The notes: generated from the sequence alone by a model not told the origin. A DNA stretch of 29,519 nucleotides from Dehalococcoidia bacterium (GCA_035583735.1 DATMAH010000070.1:1-29519), one strand, 5' to 3'; positions 1 through 9,111 are shown, numbered from the stretch's first letter. Numbers and translations: made by a program.

Positions 1-143
1 CGCACCGCCGCATCGAGGTCTGCGACGGGATGCAGCGCGGCGCCCGCGCCGGCGCTGCCGCCGCCGCGTGAGATGACGCGGGCGCGCGCCGGGAGGTCGG
101 CCTCGACCGCGGCGTCGCCGAATGGAAGAGTGACGCTCGGCAT
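1..143 (-). CDS. Partial (N-terminus only) probable lactate racemase / LarA-like (DUF2088) protein
   Basis: Manual translation from ATG at 143: MPSVTLPFGDAAVEADLPARARVISRGGGSAGAGAALHPVADLDAAVR, open to the window edge. It resembles the LarA-family N-terminus (LPYG...lP...d...av). An alternative ATG lies at 149. Not in the ORF track because it is truncated. Confidence 0.55.
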   Translation of the reverse strand, partial: MPSVTLPFGDAAVEADLPARARVISRGGGSAGAGAALHPVADLDAAV

Positions 144-203
144 TTGCATGTGATAGCACGGTAGAGGGCATGGCTGCCAGCGGCTGCACGCGCCCCACCG
201 CGC

Positions 204-209
204 TACACT
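204..209 (+). promoter_or_regulatory. Putative -10 element (TACACT) for the PIG-L deacetylase gene
   Basis: TAnnnT hexamer 19 nt upstream of ATG 229, with a GAAAGGA RBS in between. Confidence 0.45.
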
Positions 210-228
210 CAACCGGAAAGGACGTGAG

Positions 229-1071
229 ATGCCAGAGAACGGGATCCTGGCCGTCTTCGCGCACCCGGATGACGAGACCTTCGGGCTCGCGGGCATCATG
301 GCGCGCTACAGCAGCCGCGGCGTGCCGATCACGATGGTGTGCGCGACCCGCGGCGAGGCCGGCGAGATCGCGCCGGGTGTGGACGCAACGCCCGAGAACC
401 TGCACCTCGTCCGCGAGCGCGAGCTGCGCGAGGCGATGCGCATCGTCGGCGTCAGCGACGTGCGCTTCCTGGGCTTCCGTGACTCCGGCATGAAGGGCAC
501 GGCCGATAACGAAGACCCGCGCGCCTTCATCAACGCGCACCCCGACGCCGTCGTCCACCTCATCACGCGCATCATCCGCGAGGTGAAGCCGGCCATCGTC
601 GTGACGTGGGACGAAAGCGGCGGCTACGGGCACCCGGACCACATCGCCACGCATCACCACGCAACGGCCGCATTCCACGCCGCCGCTGACCCGGCCAGGT
701 ACCCGACCAGCGGGCCACCCTGGCAGGCGAAGGCGCTCTTCTACAACTGCATCCCCGTCGACGAGTTCCAGTCCGTCATGCGGGAGCTGCAGCAGCGTAC
801 GGGGTCGGCCGTCGACCCTCCCGGCGACGCGGAGGAGATGATGCGGCTGCCCCGTGTGACGCCGAACGTCGTCGTCGATGTGAGCGCGGAGTACGGCCGC
901 AAGCTGGAGGCGTTCCGCGCCCACGCGTCGCAGCTCTCGGACTCTGACATCTTCCTGAAGATGCCCGACGACCTCAGCCGCCGCCTCTTCGCGCGCGAGT
1001 GGTTCTACCGGGCGACGCCGCCGGTCCCGGACGGCAAGCTGCTGCAGGACCTGTTCGAGGACCTGCCCTAG
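229..1071 (+). CDS. PIG-L/LmbE family deacetylase, MshB/Mca-like
   Basis: Motifs AHPDDE, TRGEAGE, LGFRDSGM and GGYGHPDH; RBS aaagga; 280 aa. Confidence 0.9.
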   Translation: MPENGILAVFAHPDDETFGLAGIMARYSSRGVPITMVCATRGEAGEIAPGVDATPENLHLVRERELREAMRIVGVSDVRFLGFRDSGMKGTADNEDPRAFINAHPDAVVHLITRIIREVKPAIVVTWDESGGYGHPDHIATHHHATAAFHAAADPARYPTSGPPWQAKALFYNCIPVDEFQSVMRELQQRTGSAVDPPGDAEEMMRLPRVTPNVVVDVSAEYGRKLEAFRAHASQLSDSDIFLKMPDDLSRRLFAREWFYRATPPVPDGKLLQDLFEDLP

Positions 1072-1089
1072 CCGGTGCCCGCAGCGCGG

Positions 1090-1932
1090 TCACGCGTGGA
1101 TCTCGACGCGCATCCCTTCCTCGCCGAACAGCCAGAAGTACTGCGCGTCGTGGAGCTGCATGCCGATGCAGCCGTGGCTCGTCGCCTGGCGCCCGAAGAC
1201 GCTCGCCGGCCGCCAGTAGTTGAGGTGCAGCGCGTTCCCGTTGAGGTCGTAGTACTGCGTGAACAGCACGCGCTCGACGTCGTACGTCGCCTGCTGGGCG
1301 GTATAGCCGGCCTGTGCGGCCGTCATCCGCTCGACGGCCAGCCGTCCGCCCTTCTCGATGCGGTGCGACCCCAGCGGACTGGGGAACTGCGGCGACCCGG
1401 ACGAGACCGGCGCCGTGTACACCGCCTGGTCGCCCACCATCGCCCGCGCCGTCTGGGTGGTGACGTTGACGTCGATCCACTTCTCCGCGCCGCCGGGGTC
1501 GAGCAGCGGCGACACTTCGCCGGGCTGGAGCCAGAACACGAACGCGGCATAGATGTAGCTGCCGTCGTCCAGCTCGTACCAGGTGCTGGCCCACTCCGGC
1601 GATGTCGATACCCACGTCTGCGAGCCTACCAGCCAGTTCTCGCCGCGGACGGCCTGATGCAGGCGCAGCGGCGCGTGGTCGGGCAGCTCGCCGACGACCT
1701 CGGAGCGGGTGTTGGGCTCCGCGCGCAGGCGCACGTCGCCGCCGACGACGATCGGCTGGCTGGCGGTGACCTCCGGCGTCGGCGTGAACGTGGGGAACGG
1801 CGTGAGCGTTGGCGTTGGCGCCATCGCGGTCTCCGAGGGCGCGGGCGTCGCGGTGGGAGACGGCGCGTCATCGCCGCCGCACGCCGCGAGCATCGCCGCT
1901 AACGCCATCGACAGCGCAACCAGTCGCCGCAT
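1090..1932 (-). CDS. Lipoprotein with SH3-like domain and C-terminal L,D-transpeptidase (YkuD) domain
   Basis: True start is MRRLVALS (ATG 1932) within ORF 1090..2736. Lipobox LAAC, P/T-rich linker, SH3-like VRLRAEPNTRSEVVGEL, WIDVNVTTQ, and catalytic HLNYW...SHGC; 280 aa. Confidence 0.9.
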   Translation of the reverse strand: MRRLVALSMALAAMLAACGGDDAPSPTATPAPSETAMAPTPTLTPFPTFTPTPEVTASQPIVVGGDVRLRAEPNTRSEVVGELPDHAPLRLHQAVRGENWLVGSQTWVSTSPEWASTWYELDDGSYIYAAFVFWLQPGEVSPLLDPGGAEKWIDVNVTTQTARAMVGDQAVYTAPVSSGSPQFPSPLGSHRIEKGGRLAVERMTAAQAGYTAQQATYDVERVLFTQYYDLNGNALHLNYWRPASVFGRQATSHGCIGMQLHDAQYFWLFGEEGMRVEIHA

Positions 1933-1938
1933 GGTGTG

Positions 1939-1947
1939 ATCGTAGCA
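1939..1947 (-). promoter_or_regulatory. Extended -10 promoter (TGcTACGAT) predicting a leaderless L,D-transpeptidase mRNA
   Basis: Minus strand reads TGC-TACGAT-cacacc-ATG: a 6-nt gap to the start codon and no RBS. Confidence 0.55.
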
Positions 1948-2282
1948 CGGCGTCGGTGCGCCGAATCTACATTGGGGGAGGTGTTCGCGCCGGGCGCGGC
2001 GGCGGCGGAACGAATGGCGCGCGGGCCCAGAGCCGGCGCTGCGCGGTTGACCGCTGCTGCGTGATGGGCGGAGGCTTCGAGGCAGGCGACCCGGCGGCAC
2101 GCGCAGGGAGCCGCTATCGTGGCGGCGGTTTGAACGCATAACGCGCTGATGCGGCCGGGACGCAGCGCCGGGGGTGACGCCGGTACGGGCCGCATCGCGC
2201 AACGCGGAGGAGTGTGATTTCTGCTGGCCTTCTCCCCTCAATTCTCCCACCGATGTCAACCCCCCGTCCTCGGGCGGTGGCC

Positions 2283-2558
2283 GTGAGCGGCGCCACCCGC
2301 ATCGCCGTCCGCCTGACGCCGCGTGGCGGCCGCGACGCCATCGAGGGATGGGACGGCGACGTGCTGCGGGCGCGCGTCTCGGCACCGCCGGAGGGCGGCA
2401 AGGCGAACGAGGCGCTGCTGCGCCTGCTGGCCAGCCGTCTCGGCGTCGCGCGCTCGGACCTGTCGCTCGCTGGCGGGGCGCAGTCTCGTAGCAAGCTGAT
2501 AGAGGTCCGGGGGCTCGACGCGGCGGCGGTCCGCGCCCGTCTCGGGCCCGGCGTCTAG
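2283..2558 (+). CDS. DUF167 / UPF0235 (YggU-like) protein
   Basis: IAVRLTPRGGRDAI...LRARVSAPPEGGKANEALLRLLA...SRSKLIEV is typical of DUF167. Start is uncertain (GTG 2283, ATG 2253 or GTG 2214). Confidence 0.88.
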   Translation: MSGATRIAVRLTPRGGRDAIEGWDGDVLRARVSAPPEGGKANEALLRLLASRLGVARSDLSLAGGAQSRSKLIEVRGLDAAAVRARLGPGV

Positions 2559-2569
2559 CGCCGGGCCGG

Positions 2570-3907
2570 CTAGCGCCGGGGAAGACGCATCGTGAACGTC
2601 GACCCCATCCCCGGCTGGCTTTCGACCGATACGCTGCCCTCGTGCGCCCGCACGATGTGCTTGACGATCGCCAGGCCCAGCCCGGTGCCCCCGCTCCCGC
2701 GGCCACGGTCCGTCTTGTAGAAGCGCTCGAACACACGCGGCTGTGCTTCCGGCTCGATGCCCACCCCGGTATCGCGCACGCTCATCGCGATCATGCCGCT
2801 ATCCTCGGCCGCGCTGACGGTGATCGAGCCGCCAGCCGGCGTGAACTTGATCGCGTTGGCCACCAGGTTGCCCAGCGCGCGCTCGAGGCGTTCGGCGTCC
2901 GCGATCACCGTCAGCGGCGACGCCGGCACCGACGCCGACAGCGATAGCCCCGCGCGCTCCGCCTGCCGCTCGAACCGCCGCACGGTATCCGATACCACCG
3001 TCGCCGCATCGACCTGCGCGAACCGCATGGGCGCCGCGCCCGACTCGATGCGCGACAGCTCCAGCAGCTCCTCGACGAGCTGTGTCATGCGGTCCGTCTC
3101 GCGCTGGATGTGGCCCAGAAACTCCGCGGCGGCCGACGGGTCGTCCAGCGCGCCTTCCTGCAGCGTTTCCGCCGCCGCGCGAATGCCCGCCAGCGGCGTC
3201 CGCAGCTCGTGCGAGACGTTGCTGATGAAGTCGCGCCGCACGCTGTCGAGGCGGCGCACCTCGGTGAGGTCGTGGAACACGGCCAGCGCCGCCCACTCGC
3301 CGCCGCCCTCGATGGGCACGGCCATGGCCTGCAGCCACCGCTGCGCCGGCCCGTAGGCGACGACGCGCACGCTGCGCTCGCCCCGCTGCGCCGCTGCGGT
3401 GATCAACTCGTTGAGGTCGTGGTCACGCACCACTTCGATGAACGGGCGGCCGTTCTCGGTGGGGGCGGCTGCCCCGAAGATCTCGCGCACGGCCTCGTTG
3501 CGGTAGACGATGCGGCCGATGCGGTCCACCGCCACGATCGCGTCGCTGCTGGCGTTCAGCAGCGCGTCGAGCTGCGCGCGTTCCAGCCGGAGCATGCCGA
3601 CGGTGCGCTCGAAGGTGGCGGCGGCGGCGTTCAGCGCGACGGCAAGCGGCGCCAGCACGCCGTCTTCGACGATCACGCGCGCGTCGGCGCGTCCTGCCGC
3701 CAGCGCCTGCGCTGTCGCCGTCAGCTCGTCCAGGTTGCGCAGGCGCGGCGCCAGGAGCGCCAGCGTCGCCGCGCCCAGCAGCACGACGATGCCGGCGAGG
3801 ATCGCCCACGCTCGCCAGTCGTGGTCGGTCGAGAAGATCACCACCAGCGCGGCGACCAGGACGACGGCGACGTACGCGCCCACGGTGACGATGACGCCAC
3901 CGTCCAC
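2570..3907 (-). CDS. phoR: Phosphate regulon sensor histidine kinase (TM-HAMP-PAS-HisKA-HATPase)
   Basis: H-box SHELRTPL, N-box NLVANAIKFT, DTGVGI, GTGLGLAIVKHIV, PAS-like DAIVAVD, and two N-terminal TM segments. Last gene of the pst/phoU/phoB cluster. Start likely GTG 3907 (track gives TTG 3946). Confidence 0.88.
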   Translation of the reverse strand: MDGGVIVTVGAYVAVVLVAALVVIFSTDHDWRAWAILAGIVVLLGAATLALLAPRLRNLDELTATAQALAAGRADARVIVEDGVLAPLAVALNAAAATFERTVGMLRLERAQLDALLNASSDAIVAVDRIGRIVYRNEAVREIFGAAAPTENGRPFIEVVRDHDLNELITAAAQRGERSVRVVAYGPAQRWLQAMAVPIEGGGEWAALAVFHDLTEVRRLDSVRRDFISNVSHELRTPLAGIRAAAETLQEGALDDPSAAAEFLGHIQRETDRMTQLVEELLELSRIESGAAPMRFAQVDAATVVSDTVRRFERQAERAGLSLSASVPASPLTVIADAERLERALGNLVANAIKFTPAGGSITVSAAEDSGMIAMSVRDTGVGIEPEAQPRVFERFYKTDRGRGSGGTGLGLAIVKHIVRAHEGSVSVESQPGMGSTFTMRLPRR

Positions 3908-3923
3908 CGGCAGCCGTCGGCCC

Positions 3924-4643
3924 CTAGCGGACGAACTTGTAACCAATGCCTCGCACCGTCAGCAGGTGGCGCGGCTTGCTCGGGTCCTCCTCGAGCTTCT
4001 CCCGCAGCCACCGGATGTGGACGTCGACCGTCCGGCTCCCCCCGAAGAAATCGTACCCCCAGACATGTTCCAGAAGCTGCTCGCGCGTGAACACCTGGCC
4101 CGCGTTCTTGGCCAGGAAGAAGAGCAGGTCGAACTCCTTCGGCTTCAGCGCGATCTCCGCGCCGCCGCGCGTGACGGTCCGGCCGCGGGCGTCCAGCTCG
4201 ATGGGCCCGGCCGAGATGCGGGAGGCGTCGTCGCCGGCCGGCCGCGCGGCCGCACGGCGCAGCAGCGCGCGGACGCGCGCCAGCAACTCGCGCATGGAGA
4301 ACGGCTTCGTCAGATAGTCGTCCGCGCCCATCTCCAGGCCGACCACTTTGTCCAGCTCCTCCGCCTTCGCCGTCAGCATCAGGATCGGGACGTCGGAGTC
4401 GGCGCGGATGCGGCGGCAGACTTCGAGGCCGTCCATCCTGGGCAGCATCAGGTCGAGCACGATGACGTCCGGCCGGTCGCGGCGCGCCGCCTGCAGGCCC
4501 TCGACGCCATCGGCCGCGGAGCTGACGTTGAAGCCGTTCTTGCGCAGGTTGTACGAGAGCGTCGAGGCGAGGCTAGCCTCATCCTCGATGACGAGGACGG
4601 TCTTCGCCGAGGCGTGCGATGGGGCGGCCGGTTCCGTCGTCAT
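3924..4643 (-). CDS. phoB: OmpR/PhoB family response regulator
   Basis: Receiver motifs VIEDE, DLMLP and GADDYLTKPF; winged-helix SRTVDVHIRWLREK and TVRGIGY; lies between phoU and phoR. Confidence 0.9.
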   Translation of the reverse strand: MTTEPAAPSHASAKTVLVIEDEASLASTLSYNLRKNGFNVSSAADGVEGLQAARRDRPDVIVLDLMLPRMDGLEVCRRIRADSDVPILMLTAKAEELDKVVGLEMGADDYLTKPFSMRELLARVRALLRRAAARPAGDDASRISAGPIELDARGRTVTRGGAEIALKPKEFDLLFFLAKNAGQVFTREQLLEHVWGYDFFGGSRTVDVHIRWLREKLEEDPSKPRHLLTVRGIGYKFVR

Positions 4644-4674
4644 CGGTACAACGCCATCGCGCGACGCCGCGGCG

Positions 4675-5340
4675 TCAGTAGCGCGAGACGTTCGTCTCCT
4701 CCAGCTGTCCCGTGACCATGAAGATGATGCGCTCGCAGATGTTCGTCACCCGGTCGGCGATGCGCTCCAGGTTGTGCGATGTCCAGATGAGGTACGTGAT
4801 GCGCTCGATGTCCGCGGGCGTGCGGATGATGTCGTGGATGAGCTTGGTGTGCGCCCTGTCGTAGAGGTCGTCGATCGCGTCGTCCTCGTCGCAGATGCGG
4901 CGCGCGCTCTCCGCGTCCTTTTCGACGAAGGCGGTGAGGGAGCGCCGCAGCATGTCGGCGCCGCGCTCCGCCATCTCCCAGATCTCACCGATCGCCGGCG
5001 GCAGCGGCTCTTCGCCCAGCATGAGGTTGATGCGGCCGATCCCCTCCGCGTGGTCCGCCATGCGCTCCAGCTCGTTCGAGATGAACAAGATCGCGACGAG
5101 CACACGCAGGTCGGCCGCCATCGGCTGCTGCAGCGCGATCGTCTGGATGCACTTCTCCTCGATCTCGTAGCGCTTGGCGTTGATCTGCATGTCCTCGGCG
5201 ACGACGGCGTTCGACAGGTCCACGTTGCGCGTGCGCAGCGCCTCGATGGACCGCAGGACCGCCTTCTCGACCATGCTGCCCATGATCAGCACGTCGTCCT
5301 GCATCTCCCGTAGCTTGCGTGCGAAGAGTTCGCGTGTCAT
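4675..5340 (-). CDS. phoU: Phosphate signalling complex protein PhoU
   Basis: QQPMAADLR, ELERMADHAEGI, DDAIDDLY and LERIADRVTNICE; 221 aa. Confidence 0.96.
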   Translation of the reverse strand: MTRELFARKLREMQDDVLIMGSMVEKAVLRSIEALRTRNVDLSNAVVAEDMQINAKRYEIEEKCIQTIALQQPMAADLRVLVAILFISNELERMADHAEGIGRINLMLGEEPLPPAIGEIWEMAERGADMLRRSLTAFVEKDAESARRICDEDDAIDDLYDRAHTKLIHDIIRTPADIERITYLIWTSHNLERIADRVTNICERIIFMVTGQLEETNVSRY

Positions 5341-5349
5341 GGCAGGCTC

Positions 5350-6207
5350 CTACCCGAAGCGTCCTGTGATGTAGTCCTCCGTGCGCTTGTCGCGGGGCTG
5401 GGTGAACACCTGCTCCGTCTCGCCGAACTCCACCAGCTCGCCGGCGCGGTCAGGCCGCATCATCAGGAAGGCGGTGTAGTCCGCCACGCGCGCGGCCTGC
5501 TGCATGTTGTGCGTGACGATGACGATCGTGTAGTCGCGCGCCAGGTCCCTCATCAGGTCCTCGATCTTCAGCGTCGCGACCGGGTCCAGGGCGCTGCACG
5601 GCTCGTCCATGAGGATGATCTCGGGCTGCGTCGCCAGCGCCCGCGCGATGCAGAGACGCTGCTGCTGCCCGCCAGAAAGCGTCAGCCCGGACTGCTTCAG
5701 CTTGTCTTTCACGTCGTCCCAGAGCGCGGCCTGCCGCAGCGCGCGCTCCACCAGCTCCGCCGTGTTGAACTTCATCCCGTTGACGCGCGGGCCAAAGACG
5801 ATGTTCTCCGCGATTGACTTGGGGAACGGGTTTGGCTTCTGGAACACCATCCCGATGCGCCGCCGTACCTCCACCGCGTCGACCTCCTTCGCGTACAGGT
5901 CGAGCCCGTGGTACAGCATCTTGCCCTCCCGCCGGAAGGACGGGACCAGGTCGTTCATGCGGTTGATGCAGCGCAGCAGCGTGCTTTTCCCGCAGCCGGA
6001 CGGGCCGATGAGCGCCGTGATCTTCCGCTCCGGGATCTGGAACGAGACGTCGTGCAGCGCGCGGAACGCGCCGTAATAGGCGCTGAAGTGCTCCACCTCG
6101 ATGATCGGCGTCTCCGCCGGCCGCGAGATGCGTTCTGTTGCCGGGAGCGTCTCAGTCGCGGTCAGGCGTCCCTCTACTTCTCGTGCCACTTCAACCGTCT
6201 TCGTCAT
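5350..6207 (-). CDS. pstB: Phosphate ABC transporter ATP-binding protein
   Basis: Walker [55 protein letters not shown] and [10 protein letters not shown]. Confidence 0.97.
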   Translation of the reverse strand: MTKTVEVAREVEGRLTATETLPATERISRPAETPIIEVEHFSAYYGAFRALHDVSFQIPERKITALIGPSGCGKSTLLRCINRMNDLVPSFRREGKMLYHGLDLYAKEVDAVEVRRRIGMVFQKPNPFPKSIAENIVFGPRVNGMKFNTAELVERALRQAALWDDVKDKLKQSGLTLSGGQQQRLCIARALATQPEIILMDEPCSALDPVATLKIEDLMRDLARDYTIVIVTHNMQQAARVADYTAFLMMRPDRAGELVEFGETEQVFTQPRDKRTEDYITGRFG

Positions 6208-6252
6208 TATCGCACCTTTCGGGCTTGCCCGATGTCTTGCTCCCGGCCCGCG

Positions 6253-7146
6253 CTACGGGCGGCGGAAGCGCTCCCGGATGATCGCCGCCGCCAGGTTCAT
6301 CGTCAGGATCGCCACCATGAGGACGATGATGGCCGCGGCGGCATTCTGCCGGAACGCCTCCTGCGGCCGGATCGTCCAGTTGTAAATCTGCACCGGCACC
6401 GTCGTGAAGTCGTCCTGGACGCTCGTGTTGTCGAAGGCGATGAAGGTGAACGCGCCGATCATGATCAGCGCCGCCGTCTCGCCGGCTGCCCGCGAGATCG
6501 CCAGGATGAGCGCGGTCATGATCCCTGGCATCGCGCCCGGCAGGACGTGGTAGCGCACCATCTGCCAGCGCGTGGAACCCAGCGCGAGCGCCCCCTCGCG
6601 AATACTCGACGGCACCTGCCGGATCGCCTCCTGCGACGCGATCACCGTCATCGGCAGGATCATCAGCGTCAGCGTCAGCGCCCCGGCCAGGATGCTGGGC
6701 CCCAGGTCGAGGAACCGCACGAAGACGGCGAGCCCGAGGATGCCGTAGATGATGCTCGGCACGCCCGCGAGGTTCGCCAGGTTCAGCTGCACCAGCGCCA
6801 GCAGCTTGTTCCGCGGCGCGAACTCCTCCATCCAGATCGCGGTCCCGATCGCGACCGGGATCGCCAGCACGATCGTCAGCGACAGCACCCAGACGGTGCC
6901 GAGGATCGACGAGCGAAGCCCCGCTCTGTCAGCGAACCTCGACGGGTAGTTCGTGAGGAAGTCGATGCTCAGCCGGGACCATCCCTGGTCGACCGTCTCG
7001 TACCCCAGGAACAGCAGCACGGCGACGCCGATGAGCGTCGCGCCCAGCAGCACGTACCGGGACCCGCGCGACACGGCCTGGCGCCGCGCTACCGCGCCCG
7101 ACGCCGCCAGCGTCGCCAGCGGGGCGGCCGCCCGCTCCACCGCCAT
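6253..7146 (-). CDS. pstA: Phosphate ABC transporter permease PstA
   Basis: Start MAVERAA (ATG 7146) overlaps the pstC stop (TAATG). LAGVPSIIYGILGL, REGALALG and SRAAGETA; 297 aa. Confidence 0.95.
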   Translation of the reverse strand: MAVERAAAPLATLAASGAVARRQAVSRGSRYVLLGATLIGVAVLLFLGYETVDQGWSRLSIDFLTNYPSRFADRAGLRSSILGTVWVLSLTIVLAIPVAIGTAIWMEEFAPRNKLLALVQLNLANLAGVPSIIYGILGLAVFVRFLDLGPSILAGALTLTLMILPMTVIASQEAIRQVPSSIREGALALGSTRWQMVRYHVLPGAMPGIMTALILAISRAAGETAALIMIGAFTFIAFDNTSVQDDFTTVPVQIYNWTIRPQEAFRQNAAAAIIVLMVAILTMNLAAAIIRERFRRP

Positions 7147-8111
7147 TACTCGTACACCTCCCGGAAGCGGTTGACCAGGACCTGCGCGCCGATGTTCAGT
7201 GCCAGCGTCATCACGAAGAGCACGGCGCCGACGGCGAACAAAGACTGGTAGTCGACCGTCCCGCGCGCCGCGTCGCCGAGCCCAACCTGCAGCATGTAGC
7301 CGGTCATCGTCTGGATGCTCTCGAGCGGTGAGAGCGTGAGGTTCGGCGTCGAACCGGCGGCGATGGCGACGATCATCGTCTCGCCCACGACGCGCGCGAT
7401 CGCCAGCAGCACCGCGGCGACAACGCCCGAGAGCGCCGCCGGCAGCACCACCCGCGTCGCCACCTCCAGCCGCGTCGCGCCCAGGCCGTAGGCCGCCTCG
7501 CGAAGGTCGCGCGGCACGTTCGCCATCGCGTCCTCGGATATCGATGCGATCGTCGGCAGGATCATCACCGCCAGCATCAGGCTGGCGCCCAGCGAGTTGA
7601 AGAACGAGATGCGGTCCCCGAAGATCGCGTCGTCCTCGCCGGCGAGCGGGATCAGGATGTCCTGCGTGACCACGGTGAGCGCGAAGTAGGCGTACACCAC
7701 CGTCGGCACGCCGGCCAGCGCCTCGAGGACCGGCTTGAGGATGCGGCGCGTGTTGGGGTGCGCGTACTCGCTCAGGTAGATCGCCGCCGCGAGGCCGACG
7801 GGCAGCGCGAACACCAGCGACCAGATGACGACGTTCACCGTCCCCGCCACCAGCTCCCAGATCCCGAACGAAACGGGGTTGAACAGCGGCTGCCACTCCG
7901 TCTCGAGGAAGAAGTCCTGGAACGACACCTCCTGGAAAAACGTCGCCGTCTCGCTGAAGAGCACGAAGACGATCGCCACCGTCGTGACCAGCGAGACTGT
8001 CGCGCAGGCCGCGAGCGCCAGCTCGATCAAGCGCTCGTTGAGGTGCCGCATTGGCCTGCGGCGCAGGTCGTCCGCGGTCGGTGCGCGTCGACGGGGTGTC
8101 GTCTCCATCAT
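7146..8111 (-). CDS. pstC: Phosphate ABC transporter permease PstC
   Basis: LAGVPTVVYAYF, MILPTIASISEDA, REAAYGLGATR, ARVVGETM and LFVMTLALN; overlaps the pstS2 stop. Confidence 0.95.
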   Translation of the reverse strand: MMETTPRRRAPTADDLRRRPMRHLNERLIELALAACATVSLVTTVAIVFVLFSETATFFQEVSFQDFFLETEWQPLFNPVSFGIWELVAGTVNVVIWSLVFALPVGLAAAIYLSEYAHPNTRRILKPVLEALAGVPTVVYAYFALTVVTQDILIPLAGEDDAIFGDRISFFNSLGASLMLAVMILPTIASISEDAMANVPRDLREAAYGLGATRLEVATRVVLPAALSGVVAAVLLAIARVVGETMIVAIAAGSTPNLTLSPLESIQTMTGYMLQVGLGDAARGTVDYQSLFAVGAVLFVMTLALNIGAQVLVNRFREVYE

Positions 8112-9058
8112 TCCGCCGGCTCCGCGTCGAGGAACGGCTCGATCTTCGCCCGTTGCTCGGCGAGGAGGTCAGGGGGCAGCGCGATGTATCCCACCTCCTC
8201 GGCCAGCGCCTCCGCGTTGTCCAAATAGAACCGGCTGAACTGCCGCACCTCCGGCCGCTCCCGCAGGAAGGACTCGCGCGTGTAGATGAAGAGCGGCCGG
8301 CTCAGCGGCTGGTACGAACCATCGCTCGCCGTCTCGATCGATGGCCTAACGCAGCCGTCACCACCGTCGATTGCCACGGCCTTCAGGCTCCGGCCGGCCT
8401 CCTGGTAGTAGGCGAAGCCGAAGTACCCCAGCGCGTTCGCGTCGCCGGCGATGCCCTGCGCGAGCACGTTGTCGTCTTCGGACGATGTGCCCTCACCGGT
8501 ATGCGTCGCGGCCTCGTCGACGCCCTCGATGACGGCCTCGACAAAATAGTCGAACGTACCGGAGTCGGTGCCCGGGAAGTAGAGCGCGATGCGGTTGGAT
8601 GGCCACGCGGGATCGACGTCGGACCAGCGCGTCGCATCACCGCTGAAGATGCGGTGGAGTTCCTCGACTGTCAGGCACTCCGCGAAGTCGTTCTGCGGAT
8701 GCACCATGACGGTCAGCGCGTCGATCGCCACCTGCAGCTCGACGATGTCGGTGATCCCTTCCGCGGCGCACGCCGCGGCTTCGTCGTCTCTGATGGGCCG
8801 CGACGCGTTGCTGATCTCGATCTCCCCACGGCAGAAGCGCTCGAGGCCGCCGCCCGTCCCCGAGAAGCCTACGTTCACGCGCACCTCGCGGTCGACGTGC
8901 GCAAACTCCTCCGCGACGGCCTCGGTGATCGGGAACACCGTCGACGAGCCGTCGATCCGGACGGTGCTCCGCTGGCCCCATCCGCATCCTGCCGCCAATA
9001 CGGAGCTCGCCATGACGCCTCCCGCTGCGAGCACAAGCGCCCGCATGGTTCGGTTCAT
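8108..9058 (-). CDS. pstS: Phosphate-binding lipoprotein PstS (copy 2, coupled to pstC)
   Basis: Lipobox LAAGC, IDGSSTVFP, SGTGGG, DSGTFDYF, GYFGFAY and YQPLSRPLFIY; 316 aa. Confidence 0.95.
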   Translation of the reverse strand: MNRTMRALVLAAGGVMASSVLAAGCGWGQRSTVRIDGSSTVFPITEAVAEEFAHVDREVRVNVGFSGTGGGLERFCRGEIEISNASRPIRDDEAAACAAEGITDIVELQVAIDALTVMVHPQNDFAECLTVEELHRIFSGDATRWSDVDPAWPSNRIALYFPGTDSGTFDYFVEAVIEGVDEAATHTGEGTSSEDDNVLAQGIAGDANALGYFGFAYYQEAGRSLKAVAIDGGDGCVRPSIETASDGSYQPLSRPLFIYTRESFLRERPEVRQFSRFYLDNAEALAEEVGYIALPPDLLAEQRAKIEPFLDAEPAE

Positions 9059-9111
9059 GCGCGACGCGCCGTAGCGCTCCCCGGCCGGGCCGAATCCGCT
9101 CTCACCCGCGC

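Noticed and set aside
1899-2195. 98-aa Cys-containing minus-strand ORF as a possible zinc-finger gene
   Set aside because: Third-position GC (about 76% by hand count) matches local background rather than the higher value expected for genes here. The Cys/His spacing fits no motif I know, and the ORF runs over the L,D-transpeptidase promoter and start.
1956-2250. tmRNA, SRP, RNase P, cobalamin riboswitch or group II intron identity for the structured spacer
   Set aside because: There is no TTCRA T-loop or G3-U70 acceptor, no GNRA helix-8 with AGG/AGCAG, no GAGGAAAGUCC and no complete B12 box. GTGCG and a GAGCCG...CGGTTT hairpin occur but are too short for intron domain V.
1933-2736. N-terminal 268-aa extension of ORF 1090..2736 and other ORFs across 1809-2494
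   Set aside because: Arg/Pro/Ala-rich shadow translation overlapping DUF167 and phoR. The real gene starts at the signal peptide (ATG 1932) with its own promoter.
7147-7896. Upstream extension of the pstA ORF (6253..7896)
   Set aside because: Alternative frame inside pstC. pstA starts at 7146 through a TAATG overlap.
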